Source of the DNA: Alphaproteobacteria bacterium
GTDB taxonomy: Bacteria; Pseudomonadota; Alphaproteobacteria; MPNO01; UBA830
NCBI GenBank assembly: GCA_965243135.1
Contig: OZ251539.1
Span: 480,001 to 544,000, forward strand
Reading direction: 5' to 3'
Length of the DNA: 64,000 bases
Below, piece after piece: positions 37,317 through 46,414 of the stretch. A program made the translations under genes and the position numbers. Below the pieces are notes generated by a model. The model worked only from the letters and a program-made list of their open reading frames with translations. It searched no databases and had not been told where the DNA came from. Numbering within the stretch: position 1 is the stretch's first letter; each line of letters starts with the position of its first letter.

Positions 37317-37794
37317 CTCCGCGCACCTGCCGGGCATAGGCCGCGACCGCCTCGACGATGCCTTCGTATCCCGTGCAGCGGCAGAGCGCCGCCGACATGC
37401 CGACGCGGATTTCTTCGTCGGTCAGCGGAGCGCTCGCCGCGTTCACGAGATCGATCGCCGTCATCAGCATGCCTGGCGTGCAGAATCCGCACTGGAGCGC
37501 GCGGCGCTCCGAAAACAGCCGCTGCAGCGGATGGAGTTCGCCGTCCGCGGCCAAGCCCTCGACCGTGAGGATGTCGGCGCCGTCCGCCTGCACGGCGAAC
37601 ATCAGGCAGGAGCGCACGGCCTCTCCGTCGAAGCTCACCGTGCATGCGCCGCAGATGCCGTGTTCGCAGCCGACGTGAGTGCCGGTCAGCCCCAGTTCGT
37701 CCCGCAGAAAATCGACGAGCAGCATGCGGGAATGCGCCTGGCCTCTACGGCGCTCGCCGTTGACGGCGAGTTCGACGGCGCGCCGTTCCGTCAT
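37309..37794 (-). CDS. [2Fe-2S] small subunit (CoxS/CutS family)
   Basis: ATG 37794; GCEHGICGAC, QCGFCTPG, LCRCTGY. Confidence 0.93.
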   Translation of the reverse strand: MTERRAVELAVNGERRRGQAHSRMLLVDFLRDELGLTGTHVGCEHGICGACTVSFDGEAVRSCLMFAVQADGADILTVEGLAADGELHPLQRLFSERRALQCGFCTPGMLMTAIDLVNAASAPLTDEEIRVGMSAALCRCTGYEGIVEAVAAYARQVRGDD

Positions 37795-38633
37795 GCCGCG
37801 CTCCTCTTCAAGGCCGTCGCGACCGCGCGTTTCGCCATGACTCCTACGAGCCGGCGGCGATACGCGGCGCTGGCATGGAGATCGTCGTCGGGGTCCACTT
37901 CGGCCGCCGCCACGCGGGCGGCGTCCTCGGCGCTGCACCCGTCGCGCAGCGCGGCTTCGGTCTTCGTCAGGCGCACCGGGCCGGGACCGGCGCCGCAGGC
38001 GGCGAGCCGGACGCCGGCGCCGGGCGTCGTCTGCGCGGCGACGCCCGCGAGGGCGAAGTCGCCGTGCCGCCTTGCGATTTCGACGAAGGCCGATCCGCTG
38101 CCGACGGGCGCTTTCGGAACGACGATTTCGGTCAGCAACTCGTCGGCTTCCATGACCGTGCTCAGCGGGCCGTCGAAGAATTCGGCCGCCGCGATGCGGC
38201 GTGCGCCCCGCGGGCTCCGCACCTCCAGTTCGCAACCGAGCGCGACGGCCGCCGCCGGATATTCCGCCGCGGGATCGGCGTTGGCGAGGCTGCCGCCGAT
38301 CGTGCCGCGGCTGCGTATGGGAAGGTGCCCGATGTGGATCGTCGCCTCGCGAAGCAGCGGCGCCGCTTCGCGCACCAGCGCGCTGTTCTCGATCGTCCTT
38401 TCCCGGGTCATCGCGCCGATCGCCAGATGGTCGCCCCGATCCTCGACGTAGGCGAGTTCGCGAATTCGATTCAGGTCCACGAGCGCAGCGGGGCGCGCGA
38501 GGCGAAAGTTCATCATCGGCACGAGGCTCTGTCCGCCCGCGAGCGGGCGGGCGTCGGGCGCGTGCGCCGCCAGCAGCGACACCGCCTCCTCGATGCTGTC
38601 CGGTTCCAGATAGTCGAAACGCGCCGGTTTCAT
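37791..38633 (-). CDS. FAD-binding medium subunit (CoxM/CutM family)
   Basis: MKPARFDY, LAGGQSLVPMMNFRLA, IRSRGTIGGSLANADP. Confidence 0.93.
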   Translation of the reverse strand: MKPARFDYLEPDSIEEAVSLLAAHAPDARPLAGGQSLVPMMNFRLARPAALVDLNRIRELAYVEDRGDHLAIGAMTRERTIENSALVREAAPLLREATIHIGHLPIRSRGTIGGSLANADPAAEYPAAAVALGCELEVRSPRGARRIAAAEFFDGPLSTVMEADELLTEIVVPKAPVGSGSAFVEIARRHGDFALAGVAAQTTPGAGVRLAACGAGPGPVRLTKTEAALRDGCSAEDAARVAAAEVDPDDDLHASAAYRRRLVGVMAKRAVATALKRSAA

Positions 38634-38759
38634 CGCGCCGCCTTGCGTTGCGCTCGCCCGCGGCGAGTCCCGGACGGACTACAGGAATTTTCGGGCGGTT
38701 CGTCAAGCGGAGGCGGACAACGAACCAGGGCGGGTTGTGGTTTTCGAGCTATGGCCGGA

Positions 38760-39058
38760 CGAACTTCGGTTCGTCGCGTTCCGTAAGCCGTTTTTTCGCA
38801 AGGTCGACGACGCCGGGGGGAAACTGGTCTTGGCACCGCCAGGCATTCTCCCGTGCATTCGCTCAGACCCTTTTCGACCGAAAGCTTGAAGCCGTCAGTC
38901 TCTATCTTTTTTCGGGTCCATTCGACGAGGGACTGGCGCGCGCCCTTGTTCGCGATTTTTTGCCGAGTCCGCGATGCCGGCGTCCGGCGACCGTTCTTTT
39001 CGGTCAACAGCCGCTCATACGCAGCCAATGTCTCGTTGAAATCCTTCGTCAGCGGATC
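38760..39058 (-). pseudogene. Fragment of a hypothetical protein gene, frameshifted and 5'-truncated
   Basis: DPLTKDFNETLAAYERLLTEKNGRRTPASRTRQKIANKG...GFKL..EKGL..TGE continues in another frame as FPPGVVDLAKKRL; lower GC; its 5' end abuts the higA stop. Confidence 0.45.
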
Positions 39059-39348
39059 GTTTCTTCGCGCGGACGAATAACGCGCAAGGCAGCGGCTTCG
39101 TTCCGAGCCGCGACCTCGAGCTCATAGCGAACCTGAAGGTTCATCCAACTCCGGGCGTCAGTGTTGAAATATTGCGCCAAACGCAGCGCGGTCCCGGCCG
39201 TGATGCCCCGTCGGCCGCGAACGATCTCGTTGATCCGCGCCGGCGTCACGCCGATCGCCTTCGCCAGCGCGGCGGCGGACAACGCGAAGGGCTCCATGAA
39301 GTCGTGTTTCAGCACTTCGCCGGGGTGAACCGGCTCCAGTCGGGTCAT
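39049..39348 (-). CDS. higA: HigA-family antitoxin (orphan)
   Basis: GAGGAGG RBS, ATG 39348; PVHPGEVL, RINEIVRGRRGITAGTALRLA, WMNLQ. Confidence 0.9.
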   Translation of the reverse strand: MTRLEPVHPGEVLKHDFMEPFALSAAALAKAIGVTPARINEIVRGRRGITAGTALRLAQYFNTDARSWMNLQVRYELEVAARNEAAALRVIRPREETIR

Positions 39349-39374
39349 GCATGCCTCCTCGAATGACATCAGTG

Positions 39375-39418
39375 GTCCCACTATCAACTCGGATGGGTTG
39401 GCCGGTGAGTCAAGGCGC
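39375..39418 (-). repeat. Internally deleted copy of the ~90 bp promoter/RBS repeat
   Basis: gcgccttgactcaccggccaacccatcc joined directly to gagttgatagtgggac, i.e. both ends of 2916-3005 with the middle (incl. GATAAT) missing. Confidence 0.65.
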
Positions 39419-39688
39419 TGGGGCGGCGGAGAGTCGTTCTCGCAGATCCGCGATCGCGCCGACCGAGGCTCGGCCAGAGGAATGCGGCGTTTGCAGATGC
39501 GACCGTGCGTGCGAACACCGGCTCTCTGGCGCGGGAAACGGAGACAGGCCAACCGTCGCTTGAGGCTGCCGGATGCACGTAGGCGCGGTCGGGTCGTGGA
39601 CAGCCCGCGCCACGATTCCCTCGCGCCGCTCCGGTCACGAAGCCGGTTCCGCTGAGCGCGCGCCCCCGGCTCTCCGGGGTCGCCTGGG

Positions 39689-40069
39689 CTACCCGTTCCG
39701 AAGCCGTCGGCGGAGCGCCTCGATGCGCGCCCGGTTCGCGCCGAAGTCGTAGTAGCCGAACCGCGATGCGGAGCGGACGTGGATCACGCGCCCGGCGGAA
39801 CAGAGACGGCACTCCAGGTCATCGACGAACCCGAGCCGGGTCCGGCAGGCCGCATGGATGTAATCGGGCGTTTCAGCCACGATGACGGTGCGCGGCGCGG
39901 CGGCCAGCAGGACCTTGAGCCGGGCGAAGGCGGCGGCGGAGTCCCCGTCCGCGGCGAAGGGCTCGACGCGATGGCGTGCCGGCGCGCCATCCCTGCTGCA
40001 TACGCAGTTGGGACGATCCGGGCAGGGCGCGAGCGGTTCGGGCATCGCGATCACCTTGGCAAGCGGCAT
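39689..40069 (-). CDS. DUF1499-family protein (no N-terminal membrane anchor)
   Basis: LAPCPDRPNCVCS, GFVDDLE, IHVRSASRFGYYDFGANRARIE. Confidence 0.82.
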   Translation of the reverse strand: MPLAKVIAMPEPLAPCPDRPNCVCSRDGAPARHRVEPFAADGDSAAAFARLKVLLAAAPRTVIVAETPDYIHAACRTRLGFVDDLECRLCSAGRVIHVRSASRFGYYDFGANRARIEALRRRLRNG

Positions 40070-40404
40070 CCGTCGAGAGTCGTTCCCTCGGTGCAGGACG
40101 CTCCTGCCGCAGCCGCCGCGCCGGGCAGGCCGCGCTCTCCTCCACGGCTTCCGAACCCTGCCTCCCGAACGGCGTTCCGGAACGCCGCGGCGGGATCCGC
40201 CGCGCTGCTGTCGGGCAACTGGACAAGAAGCGCCGGGCTCGCGTTCGCTTCATGCTCCGCGAGCGCGCTCAACGCCCGCTGGACCAGGGCGGTCTTGCTG
40301 GCCCTGCGGCGGCCGGCGGCAAAAAACCGGCGATCCCGGCGCATCTTCTCCGGCAGGCCATCTAGCCCGTCGCAGCGTCCGTAGAACTCCCAACGAGTGG
40401 TCAT
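40051..40404 (-). pseudogene. Degenerate N-terminal fragment of an archaeal-type P-loop ATPase
   Basis: WEFYGR...FF..GRRRASKTAL resembles F.GR..E...GRRRxGKT with the Walker A Gly lost; truncated. Confidence 0.5.
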
Positions 40405-40765
40405 GATCGTAGGATAATTCCTGTTCCAAAAATCTCAAATCGGGGACGCGAGGGCGAGAGTAAAACGCGTTGCGACGTCCCCGGACCGCCGTTGTCGGAA
40501 TATCCGTCCGGGCCGTTGCCGTTCCCGCCGCGCGACCGGCGAGCGCACTTGGGCATCGGCGCGCTCCCGGGCGGTTCCAGGAGCCTGCCTTTTGCTTGCG
40601 CTCGGTCCGTCCCGGGCGTCGGCGTCGGGCGGCGGCGCGAATCCGCCGTCCGGGCCTCGAATTCGCCGTTCGGCGGGCTATGGTCTGGTGATTTCTTGCT
40701 GCGGTCGCCGCGGCCGTTCGCTATGCTGACGGTTCCGCCATCCGGGGACCAACGGAGGAGGCGTC

Positions 40766-41617
40766 ATGTTCTATGGAACCAAACATTTGGCAGCGTATTT
40801 CGGGTGCACGCCCAAGGCTCTCCGCCGCAAGCTGCGGGAGCGCAACTTGCGGGTTGGGTCGGGTAATCGCCACGGGTACGATGCGCCCGCGTATGCGTTT
40901 CTGATCAAGGCTCTGGAAGAGCAGGGTCTGAAGCCGGCGGAGGGCGCGCCGGAGGATTGCCGGCCGCCCAAGGTGAAGCCCGAGAAAGCCTACGCGGCGG
41001 CGCGGGCCCACCCGGTCCTGGCGGGGTGGCTCGTCGACGACGCCCCCATGTTCTCGACCCCCGAGCCGCAGCGGCCCAAGCCCCGGCGCAAGGCCGCCAG
41101 ACATCCGAGGCCGCCCGAACTGGAAGGCGTTTCGACAAGGGAAGTCGTCGATCGGTACGTTGCGCGGTTCAGCGAACGCAAGCCGGACTGGGCGGCTTTC
41201 GAGGACGCCAAGATCGACGGCTACAAGCGCGCTCAGCATCGTTTCATCGGGGCCGGAGGGTCCGGCAAGCACGGCGACCCCGACGCGATACCGGCGCGGG
41301 CGCACACGCTGAGCATCATGTATGTCGAACCGGGGCAGGGCAACGCGCCCCATACCCACGAGGTCGAGGAAACCTTCTTCGTCCTGCAGGGCTTTCTCGA
41401 CGCCTTCGTCGAGGACGAGGGAGGCGCCAACCGCGTCACGGTCCGGCTCGGCAAGTGGGATTGCATCACCTGTCCGCCCGGCGTGATTCACGGTTACGAC
41501 AACAACAGCCTGGAACCGGTCTGGTTTCAGGTGATGCTCGGGCGCGGCCGCCCCGAAACGATGGGTTATGCCGACACGGAATTGTACGAGCGCCGGAATG
41601 CCCATCTGGAAGACTGA
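40766..41617 (+). CDS. Cupin-domain protein with an extra N-terminal HTH-like region
   Basis: GGAGGAGG RBS; cupin motifs PGQGNAPHTHEVEETFFVLQG and PPGVIHGY; N-terminal TKHLAAYFGCTPKALRRKLR. Confidence 0.8.
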   Translation: MFYGTKHLAAYFGCTPKALRRKLRERNLRVGSGNRHGYDAPAYAFLIKALEEQGLKPAEGAPEDCRPPKVKPEKAYAAARAHPVLAGWLVDDAPMFSTPEPQRPKPRRKAARHPRPPELEGVSTREVVDRYVARFSERKPDWAAFEDAKIDGYKRAQHRFIGAGGSGKHGDPDAIPARAHTLSIMYVEPGQGNAPHTHEVEETFFVLQGFLDAFVEDEGGANRVTVRLGKWDCITCPPGVIHGYDNNSLEPVWFQVMLGRGRPETMGYADTELYERRNAHLED

Positions 41618-41729
41618 ACGGCGCGCCGGAGGCGCCTCGGAGATTCTCGCACCGCACCGCACCCCCTGTCCATTCCGAAGCGCAACGCAGGCGGCTGGCG
41701 CAACCACAAGGGCGTTCGGCCTGAGTTCT

Positions 41730-41952
41730 ACGGCGCCGTTCCAGGCCCGGAACGAGGTCGGACGTTCAAGCGAAAGCGCGGCATGCGCGAAGGCATTGCT
41801 CCCCTCGGAGCGCATCGAGGCTTTCGCGCGCCGCTTGGGCAACCGCTTCGAAGCGCCAGCCGGCGACCGCGCCGGACAGTACGGCATTCGCGTTTCACGC
41901 AATTGGCGGATATGCTTCGTCCGGCGGGACGCAGGGCCGGACAACCACTGCC
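41730..41952 (+). pseudogene. Decayed HigB/RelE-family toxin gene
   Basis: GNRFEAPAGDRAGQYGIRVSRNWRICF matches HigB GNRLE.L.GDR.GQ.SIR.N..WRICF; no intact start or end. Confidence 0.65.
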
Positions 41953-41979
41953 AGCGAGCCGAACGACGAGGAGCGAAGA

Positions 41980-42200
41980 AATGTCGCGCATACGCGCCCA
42001 TCGCGTCGCCGAGCGTTCCGGCGCCCTGCGGCGCGAGCGGGAGACGGGACTGCCCGTCGCCTGCGTCGCCGAAACCTCCCGGCTTGGCGGCGCTTCGACT
42101 GCGCGAGCGACGGGGCGCGGAATTGGCCGTCGCGTTCCGTGCGTACGAAGCCCCGAATTCCGGGTGAATGGCCGGAAGACGCATACGCTTTCGAAGGAAC
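41980..42200 (+). pseudogene. Decayed HigA-like antitoxin gene
   Basis: GAGGAG RBS then MSRIRAH.. and SPEFRVNGRKTHTLSK (cf. TPEFWMNLQ..HDLSK), directly after the higB remnant. Confidence 0.45.
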
Positions 42201-42283
42201 CGATCGAGGGCGGCCGAAGCGCACGGGGGCAACCGGGGGCCGCGCTCTAGCGCGGCCGCCCCGCCGTTCGTCAGGAAACCGGC

Positions 42284-45169
42284 ATGCCACGCACCGGCGA
42301 GCCCACTTTCAACGGTTATTTTGCCGAGGCGCTGCGCAGCAAGCACCCGCAGTGGAAGGACCATCTGGGCGTCGAACAGACGGGCGTCTTTCCCGATGCC
42401 CCCCGCTTGCGACCCGATATTCTCGTCCAGTCGCCCGACGCGCAACCGGTGGCGGTGGAAACGGAGTACGCGCCGGCCGCCACCGTCGAGAGCGACGCTC
42501 AAGCCCGACTCGGCAAAACGCCGCTGGCGTCCGCCGATCCCATCGAACAGGCCGTTGCCGTCCGCATCCCGGACGACCTCCGTCAAGGTCAAGCCAACCT
42601 CGCCGAACGCATCGCCGCCGCCGACTTCGACTACTGCGTGTTTTCCGGCGATCCGGCGTCGCCCGAACGCTGGCCCGAGACGGGCTGGCTCGCCGGCGGC
42701 ATCGACCATGTCGCCCGGTGCATCGAACACGCGATGGTGTCGCAACGCCGCGTCGACGAGAGCATGTCGATACTCGAACGCGGCGTGCTCGTCGCAACCC
42801 GGGCCGTCCATGACGCTGTCGAACTTGGCTTCACGGACATCGAGCGGGATTTCGGCCAGGTCCTCAATCAGCATTCCGGCGAACAGACCAACCGCATGGC
42901 GATGACCATCATCGCCAACGCATTGACCTTTCACGCGGCCATCGCCGGCGTTCACGACATCCCGCCCGTCGCCCGACTCCAGGCCGATTCGCGCGGTTCG
43001 CTCCAGACAGCGCTCCTGGATGCCTGGCGGCGCATTCTTTGCGAGGTCAACTACTGGCCGATTTTCAAGGTGGCTTCGGACCTCCTCGCGCCGATTCGCG
43101 CCGCGACGGCGGAGCGCGTTCTCGGCGCGCTCGCCGACGCGGCGGGCCGGCTCGCCCGTATCGGCGTGACGACCCGCCACGACCTGTCGGGCAGGATGTT
43201 CCAGAACCTGATCGTCGACCGGAAATTCCTGGCGACTTTCTACACCCTGCCGACCAGCGCCGCCCTGCTCGCGGAACTCGCCGTCGCCCGCATGGACGCC
43301 GACTGGACCGATCTCGCCGCCTATCCGAACCTCGCCGTCGCCGACCTCTCCTGCGGCACGGGCACGCTTCTCTCCGCCGCCTATCACGCCGTGCTCGGCC
43401 GGTATCGCCGCGCCGGCGGCGACGACGGCGCGATCCATCGGCGGATGATCGAACGCTCCATCGTCGCGGCGGACATCATGCCCGCCGCCGCGCACCTCTG
43501 CGCCTCGCAGCTGTCGAGCGTCCATCCGGCCGCGGTCTTCGACAACACCCGCGTTTACACGATGCCCTACGGGATCGGCGCAGGCGAGGAACGCGACCGC
43601 GGCGTCGCCATCGGCTCGCTCGATCTGATCGCCGCCGCGCAGACCCGGTCCCTGTTCGCCACCGGACAGCGACAGGCGCGCGGCGCGCAAGGCGACGTCG
43701 AGACGCAGGACATCGAGTTGCCTCACGAGTCGGTCGATCTCGTGATCATGAATCCGCCCTTCACCCGTCCGACCAACCACGAAACCGCCGAGGTCCCCGT
43801 TCCGTCCTTCGCCGGCTTCCGAACCGGCGAGGACGAGCAGCGGGCGATGTCCGCCCGCCTCGCGGACATCCGCCGGGACCTGGAGAATCCCGCCGGCCAC
43901 GGCAATGCCGGCCTCGCGTCGAACTTCATCGATCTCGCGCATGCGAAGGCGAAACCGGACGGAGTGGCGGCGCTGGTCCTGCCCATCGCCGCCATCCAGG
44001 GCAGGTCCTGGCAAGCGGCCCGGGACTTGCTCGTCGACCGGTATGCGGATGTCGCGGTCGTCACCATCGCCGCCTCCGGAAACTTCGATCGCGCGTTCTC
44101 GTCCGACACCGGCATGGCGGAAGCGCTCGTGGTGGCGACGAAACGGCGCGACCGGAACGGCTCGGCCGGGCCGGCGTTGTTCGTGAACCTTCATCGCCGC
44201 CCGGCCGCGCTGCTCGAGGCGGCGGAAATCGCCAAGCTGGTCACGCGATTGCCCAAGACCTCCGCGACGGGCCGGATCCGCGCCGGCGGCCAGTTGCTGG
44301 GAAGCTATATCCGGGCGCCGTTGAGCGAGGGGGGATGCGCCGCCCTGCGCGAGTCGGCGCTCGCCGACGCGATGATGGCGTTGCGGCGGGGAGAGCTACG
44401 GATACCCCGGTACGAGCGGCGCCACGCCGTGCCGGTCGTTCATCTCGGCCAACTGGGCGAACGCGGCCTGCTGGATCGCGATATCGGCAACAAGAACGAC
44501 GGAGAGCCGCCGTTCCGCGGGCCGTTCAAGATCGTTCCGGTTCAGGGCGCGCCCAGCTATCCGGTTCTCTGGAGGCACGATGCCGACCGGGAGCGGCGCA
44601 TGCTGGTGGAGCCGGACAGCGAGGGCGAGACGCGCCCGGGTTGCGAGGATCGGGCCGACGCCGCCTGGCGAACCGCGACGCGGCTCCACTTCAATCGCGA
44701 TTTCCAGCTCAACTCGCAGAGCCTCGCGGCCTGCCTGACGCGGGAGCGCGCGCTCGGCGGCCGGGCATGGCCGAACTTCCGGCTGCACGACGAGCGGTGG
44801 GACGAGGCCGTGGCGCTCTGGTCCAACTGCACGCTCGGATTGATGGCCTTCTGGTGGGCGGGATCGCGCCAGCAGCAAGGCCGGACGGTATTGACGATCT
44901 CCGGCTTGCCGAATCTGACGGTTCTCGATCCGGGGGCGCTGTCGGAAGTCAAGCTTCAACGGGCGGCGAGCATCTTCGAAAGGTTTCGGGACGTTCCCCT
45001 GATGCCGGCGAACGAGGCCTGTCGCGACGCTGTCCGCCAGGATCTGGATCGAGCCGTCCTCGTCGAACTTCTCGAATTGCCCGAAGACATGCTGGAAGCG
45101 TTCGCGAACCTTCGCCTTCAATGGTGCGACGAACCCACCGTGCACGGCGGAAAGCGCCGCGACAGGTAG
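42284..45169 (+). CDS. Type IIG/IIL-like restriction-modification fusion protein (N6-adenine MTase), copy 1
   Basis: 961 aa; N-terminal RPDILV...VAVETE nuclease-like motif, FYT, motif I DLSCGTGTLL, motif IV IMNPPF, C-terminal TRD-like region. Confidence 0.82.
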   Translation: MPRTGEPTFNGYFAEALRSKHPQWKDHLGVEQTGVFPDAPRLRPDILVQSPDAQPVAVETEYAPAATVESDAQARLGKTPLASADPIEQAVAVRIPDDLRQGQANLAERIAAADFDYCVFSGDPASPERWPETGWLAGGIDHVARCIEHAMVSQRRVDESMSILERGVLVATRAVHDAVELGFTDIERDFGQVLNQHSGEQTNRMAMTIIANALTFHAAIAGVHDIPPVARLQADSRGSLQTALLDAWRRILCEVNYWPIFKVASDLLAPIRAATAERVLGALADAAGRLARIGVTTRHDLSGRMFQNLIVDRKFLATFYTLPTSAALLAELAVARMDADWTDLAAYPNLAVADLSCGTGTLLSAAYHAVLGRYRRAGGDDGAIHRRMIERSIVAADIMPAAAHLCASQLSSVHPAAVFDNTRVYTMPYGIGAGEERDRGVAIGSLDLIAAAQTRSLFATGQRQARGAQGDVETQDIELPHESVDLVIMNPPFTRPTNHETAEVPVPSFAGFRTGEDEQRAMSARLADIRRDLENPAGHGNAGLASNFIDLAHAKAKPDGVAALVLPIAAIQGRSWQAARDLLVDRYADVAVVTIAASGNFDRAFSSDTGMAEALVVATKRRDRNGSAGPALFVNLHRRPAALLEAAEIAKLVTRLPKTSATGRIRAGGQLLGSYIRAPLSEGGCAALRESALADAMMALRRGELRIPRYERRHAVPVVHLGQLGERGLLDRDIGNKNDGEPPFRGPFKIVPVQGAPSYPVLWRHDADRERRMLVEPDSEGETRPGCEDRADAAWRTATRLHFNRDFQLNSQSLAACLTRERALGGRAWPNFRLHDERWDEAVALWSNCTLGLMAFWWAGSRQQQGRTVLTISGLPNLTVLDPGALSEVKLQRAASIFERFRDVPLMPANEACRDAVRQDLDRAVLVELLELPEDMLEAFANLRLQWCDEPTVHGGKRRDR

Positions 45170-45289
45170 TTGTCCTTCCGCATGTAGCTGCCTCCCTCTT
45201 CTCCCCGAGCGCGACTTCATGCTTCCCCGGTCGCCGACCAGGGAACTCAGCCCCGGCGAGGTCGCCGAGGGCTACGCACGAACCGCGGA

Positions 45290-45508
45290 GCGGGTCTGGA
45301 GGAACCCGCGCGAATCCGGAGCGCCGGCGCGATTTTGAAACGACTGGCGGCCGAGACCCGGCCCAGACGACGACAACCCTTCCGCGCCCTCTGCCTCGTC
45401 GCGCCAGCGCCGGAAGGTGCGTTCCGAAACGCCCTCCACCGCCTCCGCCACCTCTTGGAAGCGTTCCAAGAGATCATTTGGTGCCGGACATATTGTCTGT
45501 TACTGACA
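45290..45508 (-). mobile_element. Remnant of an IS1202/ISNCY-like insertion sequence (left end plus decayed transposase N-terminus)
   Basis: End reads TGTCAGTAACAGACAATATGTCC from 45508; fragments ERFQEV, GVSERTFRRWRD, EAEGAEGL, RRLGRVSA of a transposase HTH. Confidence 0.6.
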
Positions 45509-45575
45509 GGCGACGCCCCGAAAAGAACTCATGCTCGCCCAGCGTCGGATGAAGGAGTACAACCGTCATGTCTGA
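45507..45575 (+). pseudogene. 3' stub of a RelE/Gp49-like toxin gene
   Basis: QATPRKELMLAQRRMKEYNRHV-stop overlaps the antitoxin start and begins at the IS end. Confidence 0.55.
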
Positions 45576-45861
45576 GAAGAACCCACGCGCCGGATCGACG
45601 CTCGAATCCCTGCTCCGGGAAGACGGCCTCTACGAGGATGCGAAAAACTACGCGGTCAAGTCGGTTCTCGCTTACCAGCTGGCGCAGGCGATGGACACGC
45701 AGAGCCTCTCCAAGGCACGCATGGCCGCACGTATGGAAACCAGCCGGTCGCAGCTTGATCGTCTTCTCGATCCGGGAAACGAAGGCGTGACCCTGCACAC
45801 GCTAAAGCGCGTCGGCGCAGCCGTTGGGATGCGCCTCGAGCTCGAACTCCACCAGTCCTGA
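45568..45861 (+). CDS. XRE-family HTH antitoxin/regulator
   Basis: GSTLESLLREDG, LSKARMAARMETSRSQLDRLLDP...VTLHTL. Confidence 0.85.
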   Translation: MSEKNPRAGSTLESLLREDGLYEDAKNYAVKSVLAYQLAQAMDTQSLSKARMAARMETSRSQLDRLLDPGNEGVTLHTLKRVGAAVGMRLELELHQS

Positions 45862-46179
45862 CCCGCGTTCTCATTCTGTGAGTTGCAGCTTCGCGCATCG
45901 GGCCGTGCGGCGGAGGTTCGGCAAACCGGCGTCGCCCGTGCCGCGGCCGTATTCGCAGGCCATGCTTCGCGGCCTGCTCACACAACGGCGGGCGTGTGTC
46001 CCTCGTCCCGTCAAGGAAATTCGGACCGCCCCCTGCCTCACCAAGCGTGGCGTCGTCGCCTTCAAAGCGAGGAGATCAAGCCCGACATCCTCGTCACGGT
46101 GCAGGTACGCGCGAGTGTAGGACATCGCTACCCTGCGGTACCGCCGCCGTTCCCTGTGCTGTACAGGTGCACCCTGAGC

Positions 46180-46335
46180 ACCTGCGCGCTGTTCAAGTTC
46201 AAGGCGGCGGAGCGCGGGAGGGCGGGGATCGCGCAGTTGCGGGAGAAGAGCTATGCGGACAAGTACCGCGGTCCCGGGCGTTCGCTCCATCTCGCGGAGT
46301 TCAGCCGTGCGAAGCGCAACGTCGTCGGCTTGCGA
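46180..46335 (+). pseudogene. C-terminal remnant of a PD-(D/E)XK nuclease-domain (AAA-ATPase-associated) gene
   Basis: LFKFK......AQLREKSYADKYR.PG...HL.EFSRAKRNVV resembles the PDDEXK_9 C-terminus. Confidence 0.5.
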
Positions 46336-46414
46336 GGCCGCCTGAACGGCTTCCCGTTCGGACACTTCGGCGGCCGCCTCCGCGAAAGAACGCCGCCCGC
46401 GGTTCGGCCTGCGC

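Noticed and set aside
34959-38633. Form I aerobic CO dehydrogenase
   Set aside because: The large subunit has PYRGAGR, not the AYxCSFR motif, and no cox accessory genes are adjacent; substrate unknown
39360-39392. 3' end of a higB toxin (VEIVDYH-like) before higA
   Set aside because: The sequence is better explained as the right half of the dispersed promoter/RBS repeat
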